In this document: positions 8,259 to 15,708 of the stretch, piece by piece
Layout: each line of letters starts with the position of its first letter
Numbering within the stretch: the first letter of the stretch is position 1
IMG/VR virus record: IMGVR_UViG_3300009952_000004
Length of the DNA: 35,434 nucleotides
From: a virus
Reading direction: 5' to 3' (one strand)
The notes under the pieces: model-generated
Database searches by the model: none
Told to the model about the DNA's origin: nothing
Seen by the model: the letters and a program-made list of their open reading frames with translations, nothing else
Program-made: the position numbers and the translations under genes

Positions 8259-10907
8259 CTAGTAACTTGCTAAAGTCAATTCCATTTCTTGAGCGCTTGT
8301 GATATCTTCAGTAAATGCTCTATACGTCGTGTTACCCATTTTAAGAACGATGTCCGCAGATTGTTGTCCAACCGTGATTGTACCGCCGTTAAAATCTACT
8401 GAAGTATCATAGCCAGTCAAACGTCCTAATTGGCCGTCTACGGCGTTTAATTCGCCTTGTAATGTTCCGGCCAGGTCTTTTCCGGTAAACGCATCAATCG
8501 CCCTTTGAGCCATGTTTCCGACTGTTTTCATGACTGCGCCGGCTCGGTTGTTAACCCCGATGATGAAACCTTCGTCTGTGTATTCACCAAATTGACGGAA
8601 AACCCTTGAAGGCGAATGAATACCGAGCAAACCTTTTGCCCAGTCGATAGCACCTTGGACTGCTCCACCTACTGCATCAATCAAAGCGCCTGCAGCGTTT
8701 TTGACACCGTCGACAAATCCTAAAATAAGATTTTTCCCGACGTTGTAAGCATTGCTGATGAAATCCCTTGCTCCCGCCACTGCATTTCTGAATCCGGTTT
8801 TAACCGCTTCTACAATACGAGTTCCAGCATTCGTTACCGTGCTGACTACGTTATTCCAACCGTTTAAGATTGTATTTTTGATATTCTCAATAGCATTTGA
8901 TACTGTTGACTTGACGTTTTCCCAAGCATTCAAGATGCTTGACTTGATATTTTCTAAAACGCCTTTCAAATAAGCCACGATAGCGTTCCAAACATTGATA
9001 ATTGTCTGTTTTGCCGTTTCAATAGCGTTTGAAATGATTGTCTTGATGTTTTCCCAAACAGTTGAAATTGTCGTTTTGATCGCTTCCCAAATTGTTGACA
9101 GAAATTCTGAGATGCCATTCCAAATGTTTTCCCATGTTTCTTTAATGGTTGTAAGTGTGTTTTGAATAAACTCTAAAACTGCATTAATAGCAATTTGAAC
9201 AATAGATTTGATGCCTTCCCAAAGAGTATTGGCAATTTCTTTGATCGTTTCCCATGCACCCGACCAGTCGCCGTTTATCAACTGCATAACTAACTTGATA
9301 ATTCCAAGAATGATATTTAATGCAGTTTCGATGACAACTTTCAAGATGTCCCATGCAACCGATACAACCGATACGATATTGTTCCATGTCGCTTCGATAA
9401 ACGGTGCTAAGAAATTAGTTACTGTTTCAACTACTGATTTAATAGCATTCCAAACAGTCGTAGCCGTTTGCTCAAATAAAGCGTGGTTTTCGTTCCACCA
9501 AGAAATTAACGTACCAAAAATATCTTGAACAAAGCTGACTGCTTCTTGAATAGCACTTGTGATTGCAGTTTTAACGGCTTCAAATGCTGAATTGACTTTA
9601 TTTCTAAATTCTTCACTCGTGTTATATACACCGACTAAAATAGCAATCACACTTGCTATCACTGCGACGACAGCAAGGAATGGTGCGCCCAAAGATGAAA
9701 CAATTCCCACAATTTTGGCAAACGTGACACTTAATGCACTACCGCCCGAATTAAGCAAGGTAAACCATGCTGAAACTTTGGAAACTGCGCCAGCTATTAA
9801 GCTGATAGCACCTACAAACTTGCTGACAATAGAAACAACCCCGCCAATAGCAATTAAAGCAGGGCCAGCTGATACCGCAATAAGTCCTGCCCATTTCTGC
9901 CACGGTTCAAGTGGTAAGTTATCCCAAATCGTTTTTAAAACACGAACCACGTTGTCTTTAAATGTCAAAACCGTGTCTTTCAAGTCTTCCATTAAGCCTT
10001 CAATGTCCGCTTCGCCGTTACCAAGTCCGGCGACAAGGTTTTCAAACGATGCTTTCATCGATTGGAAAGAACCCGCAACGGTTTCGCTTGCTTCTTTGGC
10101 CGTCGTTCCAGTGATTCCGAGTTTGTCTTGCGTGATTCCGATTGCTTCAATCAACGTATGGAATGGAATATCTTTCACGTTTTCTGCGGTTGCAGTAAAA
10201 GCACCGTTTAAAACTCCGGATTCATTAACAAGCCTTGCCATTTCGCTAGCAGTCCCGCCATAGCCTAATTTCAAATTGTCCAAAAGTGTGAAGTTGTCTT
10301 TAGCAAAACCTTGATAAGCATCTTGAATAGAACGCATATCAGTTCCCATTTTATTGGCGTTATCTGCCATTTGAACGAGTGCTTTATCAGCGTATTGTGC
10401 AGCCTTTTCTGTATCTCCGCCCAAACCTTGAAGCAAGGTAGCAGAAAACGAAGTCACTTGTTGCATATACTGATTTGCACTTACGCCGGCGGTTTTAAAA
10501 GCCTTGTTTGCGTTAGAAATAACGCTTGCGCCTTTTTCTTCCATTGTGTCGTATAGCGCTTGCGCTTCTTTTGCCGTGATATTGTACTTTTTGGCAAGTT
10601 GGATTGCGCTTGTTCCGTTGTCTTTGAATAGCGTTTCAACCCCGCCTAGACTTTGTTCTAGATCAGCATAAGATTTTACAATCTTTGTAATTCCAGCGAC
10701 TGTCGGGGCGGTTAAAGTAGCAGTCAATCCGGCGCCTAATTTCGTAGCTGATGCGCCAAAAGATGCAAGACTTTCGCTTACTTTGTCAAGGCTTGCCGAT
10801 GCTTGTGATTTCAAATTTTGAATAGACATTTGCGCTTCTTTCAAGCCACTAGAAAAATCCGTAACATTGGCTTTTAAAACGGCGGTAACGTCAAAATTTG
10901 CTCCCAT
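8259..10907 (-). CDS. Tape measure protein
   Basis: 882 aa, Ala/Gly-rich N-terminal region, central TM-like segment, and many W..I/W.N helical repeats. It follows the G/GT chaperones. Confidence 0.9.
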   Translation of the reverse strand: MGANFDVTAVLKANVTDFSSGLKEAQMSIQNLKSQASASLDKVSESLASFGASATKLGAGLTATLTAPTVAGITKIVKSYADLEQSLGGVETLFKDNGTSAIQLAKKYNITAKEAQALYDTMEEKGASVISNANKAFKTAGVSANQYMQQVTSFSATLLQGLGGDTEKAAQYADKALVQMADNANKMGTDMRSIQDAYQGFAKDNFTLLDNLKLGYGGTASEMARLVNESGVLNGAFTATAENVKDIPFHTLIEAIGITQDKLGITGTTAKEASETVAGSFQSMKASFENLVAGLGNGEADIEGLMEDLKDTVLTFKDNVVRVLKTIWDNLPLEPWQKWAGLIAVSAGPALIAIGGVVSIVSKFVGAISLIAGAVSKVSAWFTLLNSGGSALSVTFAKIVGIVSSLGAPFLAVVAVIASVIAILVGVYNTSEEFRNKVNSAFEAVKTAITSAIQEAVSFVQDIFGTLISWWNENHALFEQTATTVWNAIKSVVETVTNFLAPFIEATWNNIVSVVSVAWDILKVVIETALNIILGIIKLVMQLINGDWSGAWETIKEIANTLWEGIKSIVQIAINAVLEFIQNTLTTIKETWENIWNGISEFLSTIWEAIKTTISTVWENIKTIISNAIETAKQTIINVWNAIVAYLKGVLENIKSSILNAWENVKSTVSNAIENIKNTILNGWNNVVSTVTNAGTRIVEAVKTGFRNAVAGARDFISNAYNVGKNLILGFVDGVKNAAGALIDAVGGAVQGAIDWAKGLLGIHSPSRVFRQFGEYTDEGFIIGVNNRAGAVMKTVGNMAQRAIDAFTGKDLAGTLQGELNAVDGQLGRLTGYDTSVDFNGGTITVGQQSADIVLKMGNTTYRAFTEDITSAQEMELTLASY

Positions 10908-10910
10908 GAG

Positions 10911-11240
10911 TTACCCCCTTTCTTTCAATGATTGATTGAGCCGTCTGTTTCTATCAGCTAAACTCAATCGCTTGTTGTCTTGTTTGACTTCATCTTTCTT
11001 GAAAATCTTGTCAAACTCGTTTTTGTGATTGTAAAAATCGTCAAACGTCCTATACGCTGATTTTGCGCTTTTGCCTTTGCCTTTGGTAGCTTGGACTGTT
11101 TGATTGAACCATGCTTGAATTGCTGAATTATATCGTCTATCTTCTTGCTGAATGAGAAAAGCAGTATTATAGATTTCAAATTCTTCTAGCGTGGTTCGTG
11201 ATGCTTCTTGAAACGTCATATTGTGTCTAGCTATGAGCAA
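10911..11240 (-). CDS. Tail assembly chaperone, T part (made as a G-T fusion by -1 frameshift)
   Basis: This frame is the -1 frame relative to the upstream G ORF. It stays open without stops from the A6 run at 11306-11311 down to 10911. Confidence 0.75.
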   Translation of the reverse strand: MLIARHNMTFQEASRTTLEEFEIYNTAFLIQQEDRRYNSAIQAWFNQTVQATKGKGKSAKSAYRTFDDFYNHKNEFDKIFKKDEVKQDNKRLSLADRNRRLNQSLKERG

Positions 11241-11284
11241 GGCTATCGCTTCATCATAGCCAAAATCTGAACCTTGATTCTCCC

Positions 11285-11626
11285 TTACTCGACTAGGTTC
11301 ATTGCTTTTTTGAGAAGGGGAGACGCTTTTAACTCGTTCACGATTTCAGAAATAGTCTTGTCGTACTCATCATTCAAAATCAAGTCTTCAAGATATTTTT
11401 CAATCGCTTCATTACTTGGTTTTTGGTTTTCGGTTACTGTTCCGGCTTTGATAATGTCAACGAAAGCCATTGGATCATTAAGCGCTTGTCCAGCGTTGAA
11501 CAAAGTCATTGCACCGTAGCCAGTTTTCATTCCTTCCAATTCAGCTGAATGAAGTTTATTCATTTCTCGCAAAAAGCCAAGGCCAAAGCGTAGTGTATAA
11601 TCACGTTCTCCAATTTTTAAAATCAT
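11285..11626 (-). CDS. Tail assembly chaperone G
   Basis: 113 aa, between the major tail gene and the tape measure. It ends 20 nt after a CTC-AAA-AAA-G slippery run. Confidence 0.8.
   Translation of the reverse strand: MILKIGERDYTLRFGLGFLREMNKLHSAELEGMKTGYGAMTLFNAGQALNDPMAFVDIIKAGTVTENQKPSNEAIEKYLEDLILNDEYDKTISEIVNELKASPLLKKAMNLVE
11305..11312 (-). promoter_or_regulatory. Candidate -1 programmed frameshift site (C AAA AAA G)
   Basis: A six-A run in the G frame (LLKKAM). Re-reading one base enters the open T frame (..KK SNEPSRVRENQGSDF..). Confidence 0.6.
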
Positions 11627-11647
11627 CTGTTTGTTCTCCTTTTAAGT

Positions 11648-11678
11648 AAAAAAATAAAGGGCAAATGAATTGCCCTTT
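11648..11678 (-). terminator. Intrinsic terminator after the major tail protein gene
   Basis: On the minus strand, AAAGGGCAA-TTCAT-TTGCCCTTT (9-bp stem) is followed by ATTTTTTT. Confidence 0.75.
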
Positions 11679-11690
11679 TGAATACCACTA

Positions 11691-12236
11691 TTAAACCGGA
11701 ACGCCTGCTCCGTCTGTTTCTTTTTCGAGTGTGTGGTAGTTGTATTGTGCGCTTGCGACTGCTTGTTTTTGTGTTTCTGTCAACTTGTCTGTGTGCAAGA
11801 TACCGTTTCCGTCGATAGCGACTTCATAAGATAACTCAACCTTGTCGTCTGACGGTGCTGACAATTCAAAGTTCTTAAAGTAGCCTTGATAGTATTCTAC
11901 GTCGTACTTATCAACGCCACCCTCTTGTTTCTTGCTTCCAAGGTCAACGATCCAGCATTCGATTTTATCGTTTGCTTTAAACCATTTGCGCATTTCTTTC
12001 CACATATTCACGGTGTCGCCATCTTCACGGTAAGCAAGAGATTTGAACTCTCCGCTTGTTTCTCCGTCTGAAATAGAGTTTACAACCCCGTCTTTTGTTT
12101 TTGTGCTTTCTACGTTCTTTTCTTGTTTGATTGAAAGTTCAGATTGAAAACGTACCTTTCCCGCATCTTGTTTTGTGCGGTCAGCGTAGCGACGAAAAAA
12201 GGCGATGACGTCTTTCCCCAAAATTAAATCTGCCAT
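11691..12236 (-). CDS. Major tail protein (phi13-like family)
   Basis: 181 aa in the canonical position before the chaperones. Strong RBS and a terminator downstream. Confidence 0.85.
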   Translation of the reverse strand: MADLILGKDVIAFFRRYADRTKQDAGKVRFQSELSIKQEKNVESTKTKDGVVNSISDGETSGEFKSLAYREDGDTVNMWKEMRKWFKANDKIECWIVDLGSKKQEGGVDKYDVEYYQGYFKNFELSAPSDDKVELSYEVAIDGNGILHTDKLTETQKQAVASAQYNYHTLEKETDGAGVPV

Positions 12237-12623
12237 TTATTTTTTCTCCTTTTTGGTGTAATTAAAAGTAAAGTCCAGCACAATATGAAGTAAAGGCTGG
12301 ACGTCTGTATTATCTGGGATGACTTGTTTTTCTGTTGTTCGATGATTGAAGTTATACTCATAACCCTCTTTCAAATGCTTCAATACATTCTCAAGATAGG
12401 CTGAAATGTTGTCTATTTTGGCTCTATCCGCTCGTATTCCGTAAATATGGACTGTTTGCCGTGCCGTACCGATTAAGTCGTTATTAGGCGTATCTGAACC
12501 GTTACTCTCTCCGATATAGACAAACGGATATTTTGTATCAGCTTCGGGCAAATAATCGTATGTATCAACCCTTGCATCGCTGATAGCAAAAATCTTTCTG
12601 AATAGGTCGTGGTTAGGTGTCAT
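12237..12623 (-). CDS. Tail terminator / tail completion protein (DUF3168-like)
   Basis: 128 aa, last of the four neck genes before the major tail gene. Confidence 0.7.
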   Translation of the reverse strand: MTPNHDLFRKIFAISDARVDTYDYLPEADTKYPFVYIGESNGSDTPNNDLIGTARQTVHIYGIRADRAKIDNISAYLENVLKHLKEGYEYNFNHRTTEKQVIPDNTDVQPLLHIVLDFTFNYTKKEKK

Positions 12624-12970
12624 CTAAACGCTCCTTTCATAACGTTTGTCATATCTCTTTGAAATTCCGGTGTAATTTGTTCAAGCATCGGTCTGAAGTG
12701 TGGTTTGCCGGCCATGTAGCGTGTGCCGTATTCTTGATAACCCGTATATGCTGCACTACCCGTTATCCATGCTTCCATACCGTGATATGAAACATTGATA
12801 TGACGTTTTAAAAAACCGGTATCTTTAGGCGCTAAATCACGAGCAACTTTTTTCCCTCTTTCAGCGTTGTTTTTCAATACTTGTATAGATTGTTCGACTG
12901 CTTTAGGGTGTGCGTTGTATATCGTGCTTGTTAGCTTTTCTAGACCGTGCCATTCGATACTTGCACCCAT
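12620..12970 (-). CDS. HK97 gp10-family neck/tail component
   Basis: 116 aa. The N-terminal ...IEWHGLEKL...KAV..S...L...AE pattern and the position fit this family. Confidence 0.7.
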   Translation of the reverse strand: MGASIEWHGLEKLTSTIYNAHPKAVEQSIQVLKNNAERGKKVARDLAPKDTGFLKRHINVSYHGMEAWITGSAAYTGYQEYGTRYMAGKPHFRPMLEQITPEFQRDMTNVMKGAFR

Positions 12971-13276
12971 TTATACCTTGACCGTCCTTTTGAGCCGTAC
13001 GGCGCTTTTAGAGGCTTCTACGCTATCAATCTGTTCATACTTGAAGCCGTCATAGATTGCATACAAGAACGGTTCTTGTTCTTGCTGAAATCTGCATATC
13101 ATGACGACATCTGAACGATTGCCGTACATCTCGAAAACCTTTGCTTTTTGAATGAAATTCACAAAGCATGGAACAGTTACAGTTTGTTCAGCTTGGTTGT
13201 CGTAGCTATCCGTTTCCGGATTGTACTTAGCAACGGCTTTCCCTCTTACGAGCGTTATTCTGTGCGGAGTTTTCAT
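12971..13276 (-). CDS. Head closure / head-tail adaptor protein
   Basis: 101 aa, second neck gene, with a 4-nt overlap with the upstream connector gene. Confidence 0.7.
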   Translation of the reverse strand: MKTPHRITLVRGKAVAKYNPETDSYDNQAEQTVTVPCFVNFIQKAKVFEMYGNRSDVVMICRFQQEQEPFLYAIYDGFKYEQIDSVEASKSAVRLKRTVKV

Positions 13277-13620
13277 AGAAAGATTGCCTTTCCACGTTGA
13301 CGTTGTGAACCGTCAAGGCCAAAATCCTTATTCAAAATAGCCATGTAAGGCTTGAATAAGTTGTCAAAGTCTTGATAGGTTACTGAATAACCGTCAACTG
13401 TTTCAGTAGTAACACTTTCTGAACCTTTTCGCCCGTATAGTTTATAAACAACGTTTTCAATCATAAAATTATACTTACTGTCAATATATACCGAACCAGT
13501 AAGCGATTTGAAGTAGCTTTCAGCATCTTCAACTAAATCTTGTAACAAGTCATTTTCTTTTGTGTCGGCAAGGTCAATACCCAACCGACGCTTGATTTTA
13601 GCAAGTTGGGCATTATCCAT
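13273..13620 (-). CDS. Head-tail connector protein (gp6-like, Phage_connect_1-type)
   Basis: 115 aa. The N-terminus MDNAQLAKIKRRLGIDLADTKENDLLQDLVEDAESYF is typical of the family. Confidence 0.75.
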   Translation of the reverse strand: MDNAQLAKIKRRLGIDLADTKENDLLQDLVEDAESYFKSLTGSVYIDSKYNFMIENVVYKLYGRKGSESVTTETVDGYSVTYQDFDNLFKPYMAILNKDFGLDGSQRQRGKAIFL

Positions 13621-13622
13621 GC

Positions 13623-13841
13623 TTATTCTCCTGCTTCTTCTTCGATTTCTTCAACCGGTTCAGCTTCAGGCAATACAATGTCGCCTGGCGCTCCGTCTGA
13701 TTCGATAACTCCTTTTTTCAAAAGAGCCTTAATACGAGCATCCGTTACGCTCAGATCTTCTCGAGGATATACCTCACCTTTTTCATAAAGACGATTGTTG
13801 TCTTTGGTATCAATGATGTTTTCTGTTACGATATAAGCCAT
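13623..13841 (-). CDS. Small head-module protein with an acidic tail (function unknown)
   Basis: 72-aa ORF between the capsid and connector genes, tightly packed with its neighbours. Confidence 0.6.
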   Translation of the reverse strand: MAYIVTENIIDTKDNNRLYEKGEVYPREDLSVTDARIKALLKKGVIESDGAPGDIVLPEAEPVEEIEEEAGE

Positions 13842-13860
13842 TTAATACCCCCTTTCAAGA

Positions 13861-14754
13861 TTAGACGTTTGCCGCATCTGTCAACTTAGCAAATGCGTTT
13901 GTCTTAGTGATCATAACTGCGATGTCCATTGTGCAACGGATAGCAATCATTTCTTGTTCAAATAGGTTTACTGGAGTTCCGTCTGCATTCTTAACAGTAG
14001 TGATTTGACCTTCTTCTGAAATCTTGTAATTGATGTTGTAAGGCACACCATAGATAAGGTGGTCGAAGTCACCGGCTAGCAAGTCACCTTTCTTGAATTG
14101 TTTAGATTTCATATCAACTACGACAGTTCCGTCAAGTTTGTTTGTGTCTTTGTCGTAAATGGTTTTCTTGTCGCCATCACGAGCATCACGAAGCGCTGAA
14201 CGGTTAGAAACACGAGATACAAAAGCGTTGATTTCGATGTCGTCGTCCAAAAGTTTATCTTCAAGTTTTAGGATGTTTTCGTAAGTTACTGGACCGCCGA
14301 TGACTTTACTTGCATCTTTAGCAGCCTTAGCAACTGAATTTGCAAACGGTGTTTCATGTCCCAAAAGTCCGGCTTCGTCAATCTTAGTGTAGAATGCTTC
14401 AACGATTTGTGGTTTCATGTCTTCAAAGAATTTTTCCCAAGTGTAGTTGAGCGCTTCACGAGAAGCAAGAAGAATGATACCGAGTTTATGCGCACGAAGC
14501 GTAACTGGTACGATTTCAGGCTTGTCAGTCTTGATTGTTTCTGTTTCATTTACCCAGTAAGCTGAAACGCCGTCAGTTTGAACGTGGACTGTTTTTTCTT
14601 GTTTACCGTCCATTTCGTGATATTTACCAAGTTGCATCACGATAGAGTTTTGAGCTACTTCTTTCATGATGATGTCTGTAAATTCTTTGTGAAGAGTTCC
14701 GTCTGGTTTCTGTGAAACAAGGACTTTTGAAGGGTTAAAAGTTTGTACTGTCAT
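13861..14754 (-). CDS. Major capsid protein (HK97 fold expected)
   Basis: 297 aa, directly after the scaffold gene, with an AAAGGAG RBS. Confidence 0.85.
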   Translation of the reverse strand: MTVQTFNPSKVLVSQKPDGTLHKEFTDIIMKEVAQNSIVMQLGKYHEMDGKQEKTVHVQTDGVSAYWVNETETIKTDKPEIVPVTLRAHKLGIILLASREALNYTWEKFFEDMKPQIVEAFYTKIDEAGLLGHETPFANSVAKAAKDASKVIGGPVTYENILKLEDKLLDDDIEINAFVSRVSNRSALRDARDGDKKTIYDKDTNKLDGTVVVDMKSKQFKKGDLLAGDFDHLIYGVPYNINYKISEEGQITTVKNADGTPVNLFEQEMIAIRCTMDIAVMITKTNAFAKLTDAANV

Positions 14755-14768
14755 TTATAAAATCTCCT

Positions 14769-15326
14769 TTAGATAATTCTTGAATTGCGGAAGATTTCTC
14801 CGCTTGATTGAGTTTTTGAACCACCAAACGCCGTACTTACTGCGGGCGGTTCGGATTGTGTGTATTCAGACTTGATTTCACTAATAATGCTTTCAAAGTC
14901 TGAAATAGCTTGAAGTGTGCCGTCTGCCGTGTCTTTTACAACAAAAGCAAGGACACGATCATTTACTGGCAACTTACGACTTGATAAGGTCTTAATCGCT
15001 TCATCTGTCAATTCTCGCTTAGTTTGTTCTTTCTCTAACCCAGCGATTTTATCAAGTAACGATTGCTTTTCTGCTTCAGCTTCTTTTCTGCGGTATTCTT
15101 CGAGTTCTTTCCCCGACAACTCTGTTTCCGCTTTGTACTTTTCTAAAGCCTTTGCAATCGCTTCTTGCGTTGATTGAGCGTGCTTCCTTTCTGCTTGCTC
15201 AAGTCGTCTTTGCATCTCTGCGACTGATACTGTCTTTTCAGGTTCTTGTTTTGGAGTGCTAGCTTGTTCCTCAACCGTAGTATCCTGAACTTGAGTATCA
15301 ATTGTCTGTGTTTGTTCTTCTGCCAT
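14769..15326 (-). CDS. Capsid scaffolding protein
   Basis: 185 aa, E/K/Q-rich predicted coiled coil, upstream of the capsid gene, with an AAAGGAG RBS. Confidence 0.8.
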   Translation of the reverse strand: MAEEQTQTIDTQVQDTTVEEQASTPKQEPEKTVSVAEMQRRLEQAERKHAQSTQEAIAKALEKYKAETELSGKELEEYRRKEAEAEKQSLLDKIAGLEKEQTKRELTDEAIKTLSSRKLPVNDRVLAFVVKDTADGTLQAISDFESIISEIKSEYTQSEPPAVSTAFGGSKTQSSGEIFRNSRII

Positions 15327-15410
15327 GTTTGGCTCCTTTCTCTACGCTTTTACGAGCAACCCCCTCGAACTCATGCACCTTTTTACGTCGTAAGCACGGT
15401 TTGGACAATT

Positions 15411-15437
15411 AAAAAACCGTATAGGTTATATACGGTT
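15411..15437 (-). terminator. Intrinsic terminator (second of a tandem pair) upstream of the scaffold gene
   Basis: On the minus strand, AACCGTATA-TAACC-TATACGGTT (perfect 9-bp stem) runs into TTTTTTAATT. Confidence 0.75.
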
Positions 15438-15450
15438 AAAAGTTTGAAAC

Positions 15451-15484
15451 ATAATAAAAAGCACTTAGATTTCTCTAGGTGCTT
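15451..15484 (-). terminator. Intrinsic terminator (first of a tandem pair) at the stop codon of the 71-aa ORF
   Basis: On the minus strand, AAGCACCTAG-AGAAAT-CTAAGTGCTT (10-bp stem with one mismatch) is followed by TTTATTAT. Confidence 0.65.
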
Positions 15485-15698
15485 AATATTTTCTGTCATC
15501 ATAATCAATCGGTTTTTCAAACGCTTCATTTTTCTTAATACACGAATCCACGACTGAATTATATTTTAAAAGAGCTTCCTCAGTCACCTCGAAAGGAACT
15601 ACCAGGTATACCGGAAAATCTTCTCCAAAATGGTTTCTGTATCGCTCTCCAATTTCTTTGAATTCTTTATAAATTTCTTCGTTTTTCCAAAAAAACAT
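15483..15698 (-). CDS. Small ORF downstream of the MuF-HEXXH gene; candidate immunity/inhibitor protein
   Basis: ATG at 15698 lies 6 nt after an AGGGGG RBS and 10 nt after the upstream stop, giving 71 aa (MFFWKNEEIYKEFKEIGERY...). The track start at 15719 has no RBS. The ORF is followed by two terminators. Confidence 0.65.
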   Translation of the reverse strand: MFFWKNEEIYKEFKEIGERYRNHFGEDFPVYLVVPFEVTEEALLKYNSVVDSCIKKNEAFEKPIDYDDRKY

Positions 15699-15708
15699 TC
15701 TATACCCC

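Noticed and set aside
9559-10263. 234-aa plus-strand ORF (and other plus-strand ORFs at 8752, 9208 and 10311) inside the tape measure region
   Set aside because: These are antisense shadows of the long, compositionally biased tape-measure gene. They have no RBS, give low-complexity translations, and would interrupt a continuous minus-strand operon.
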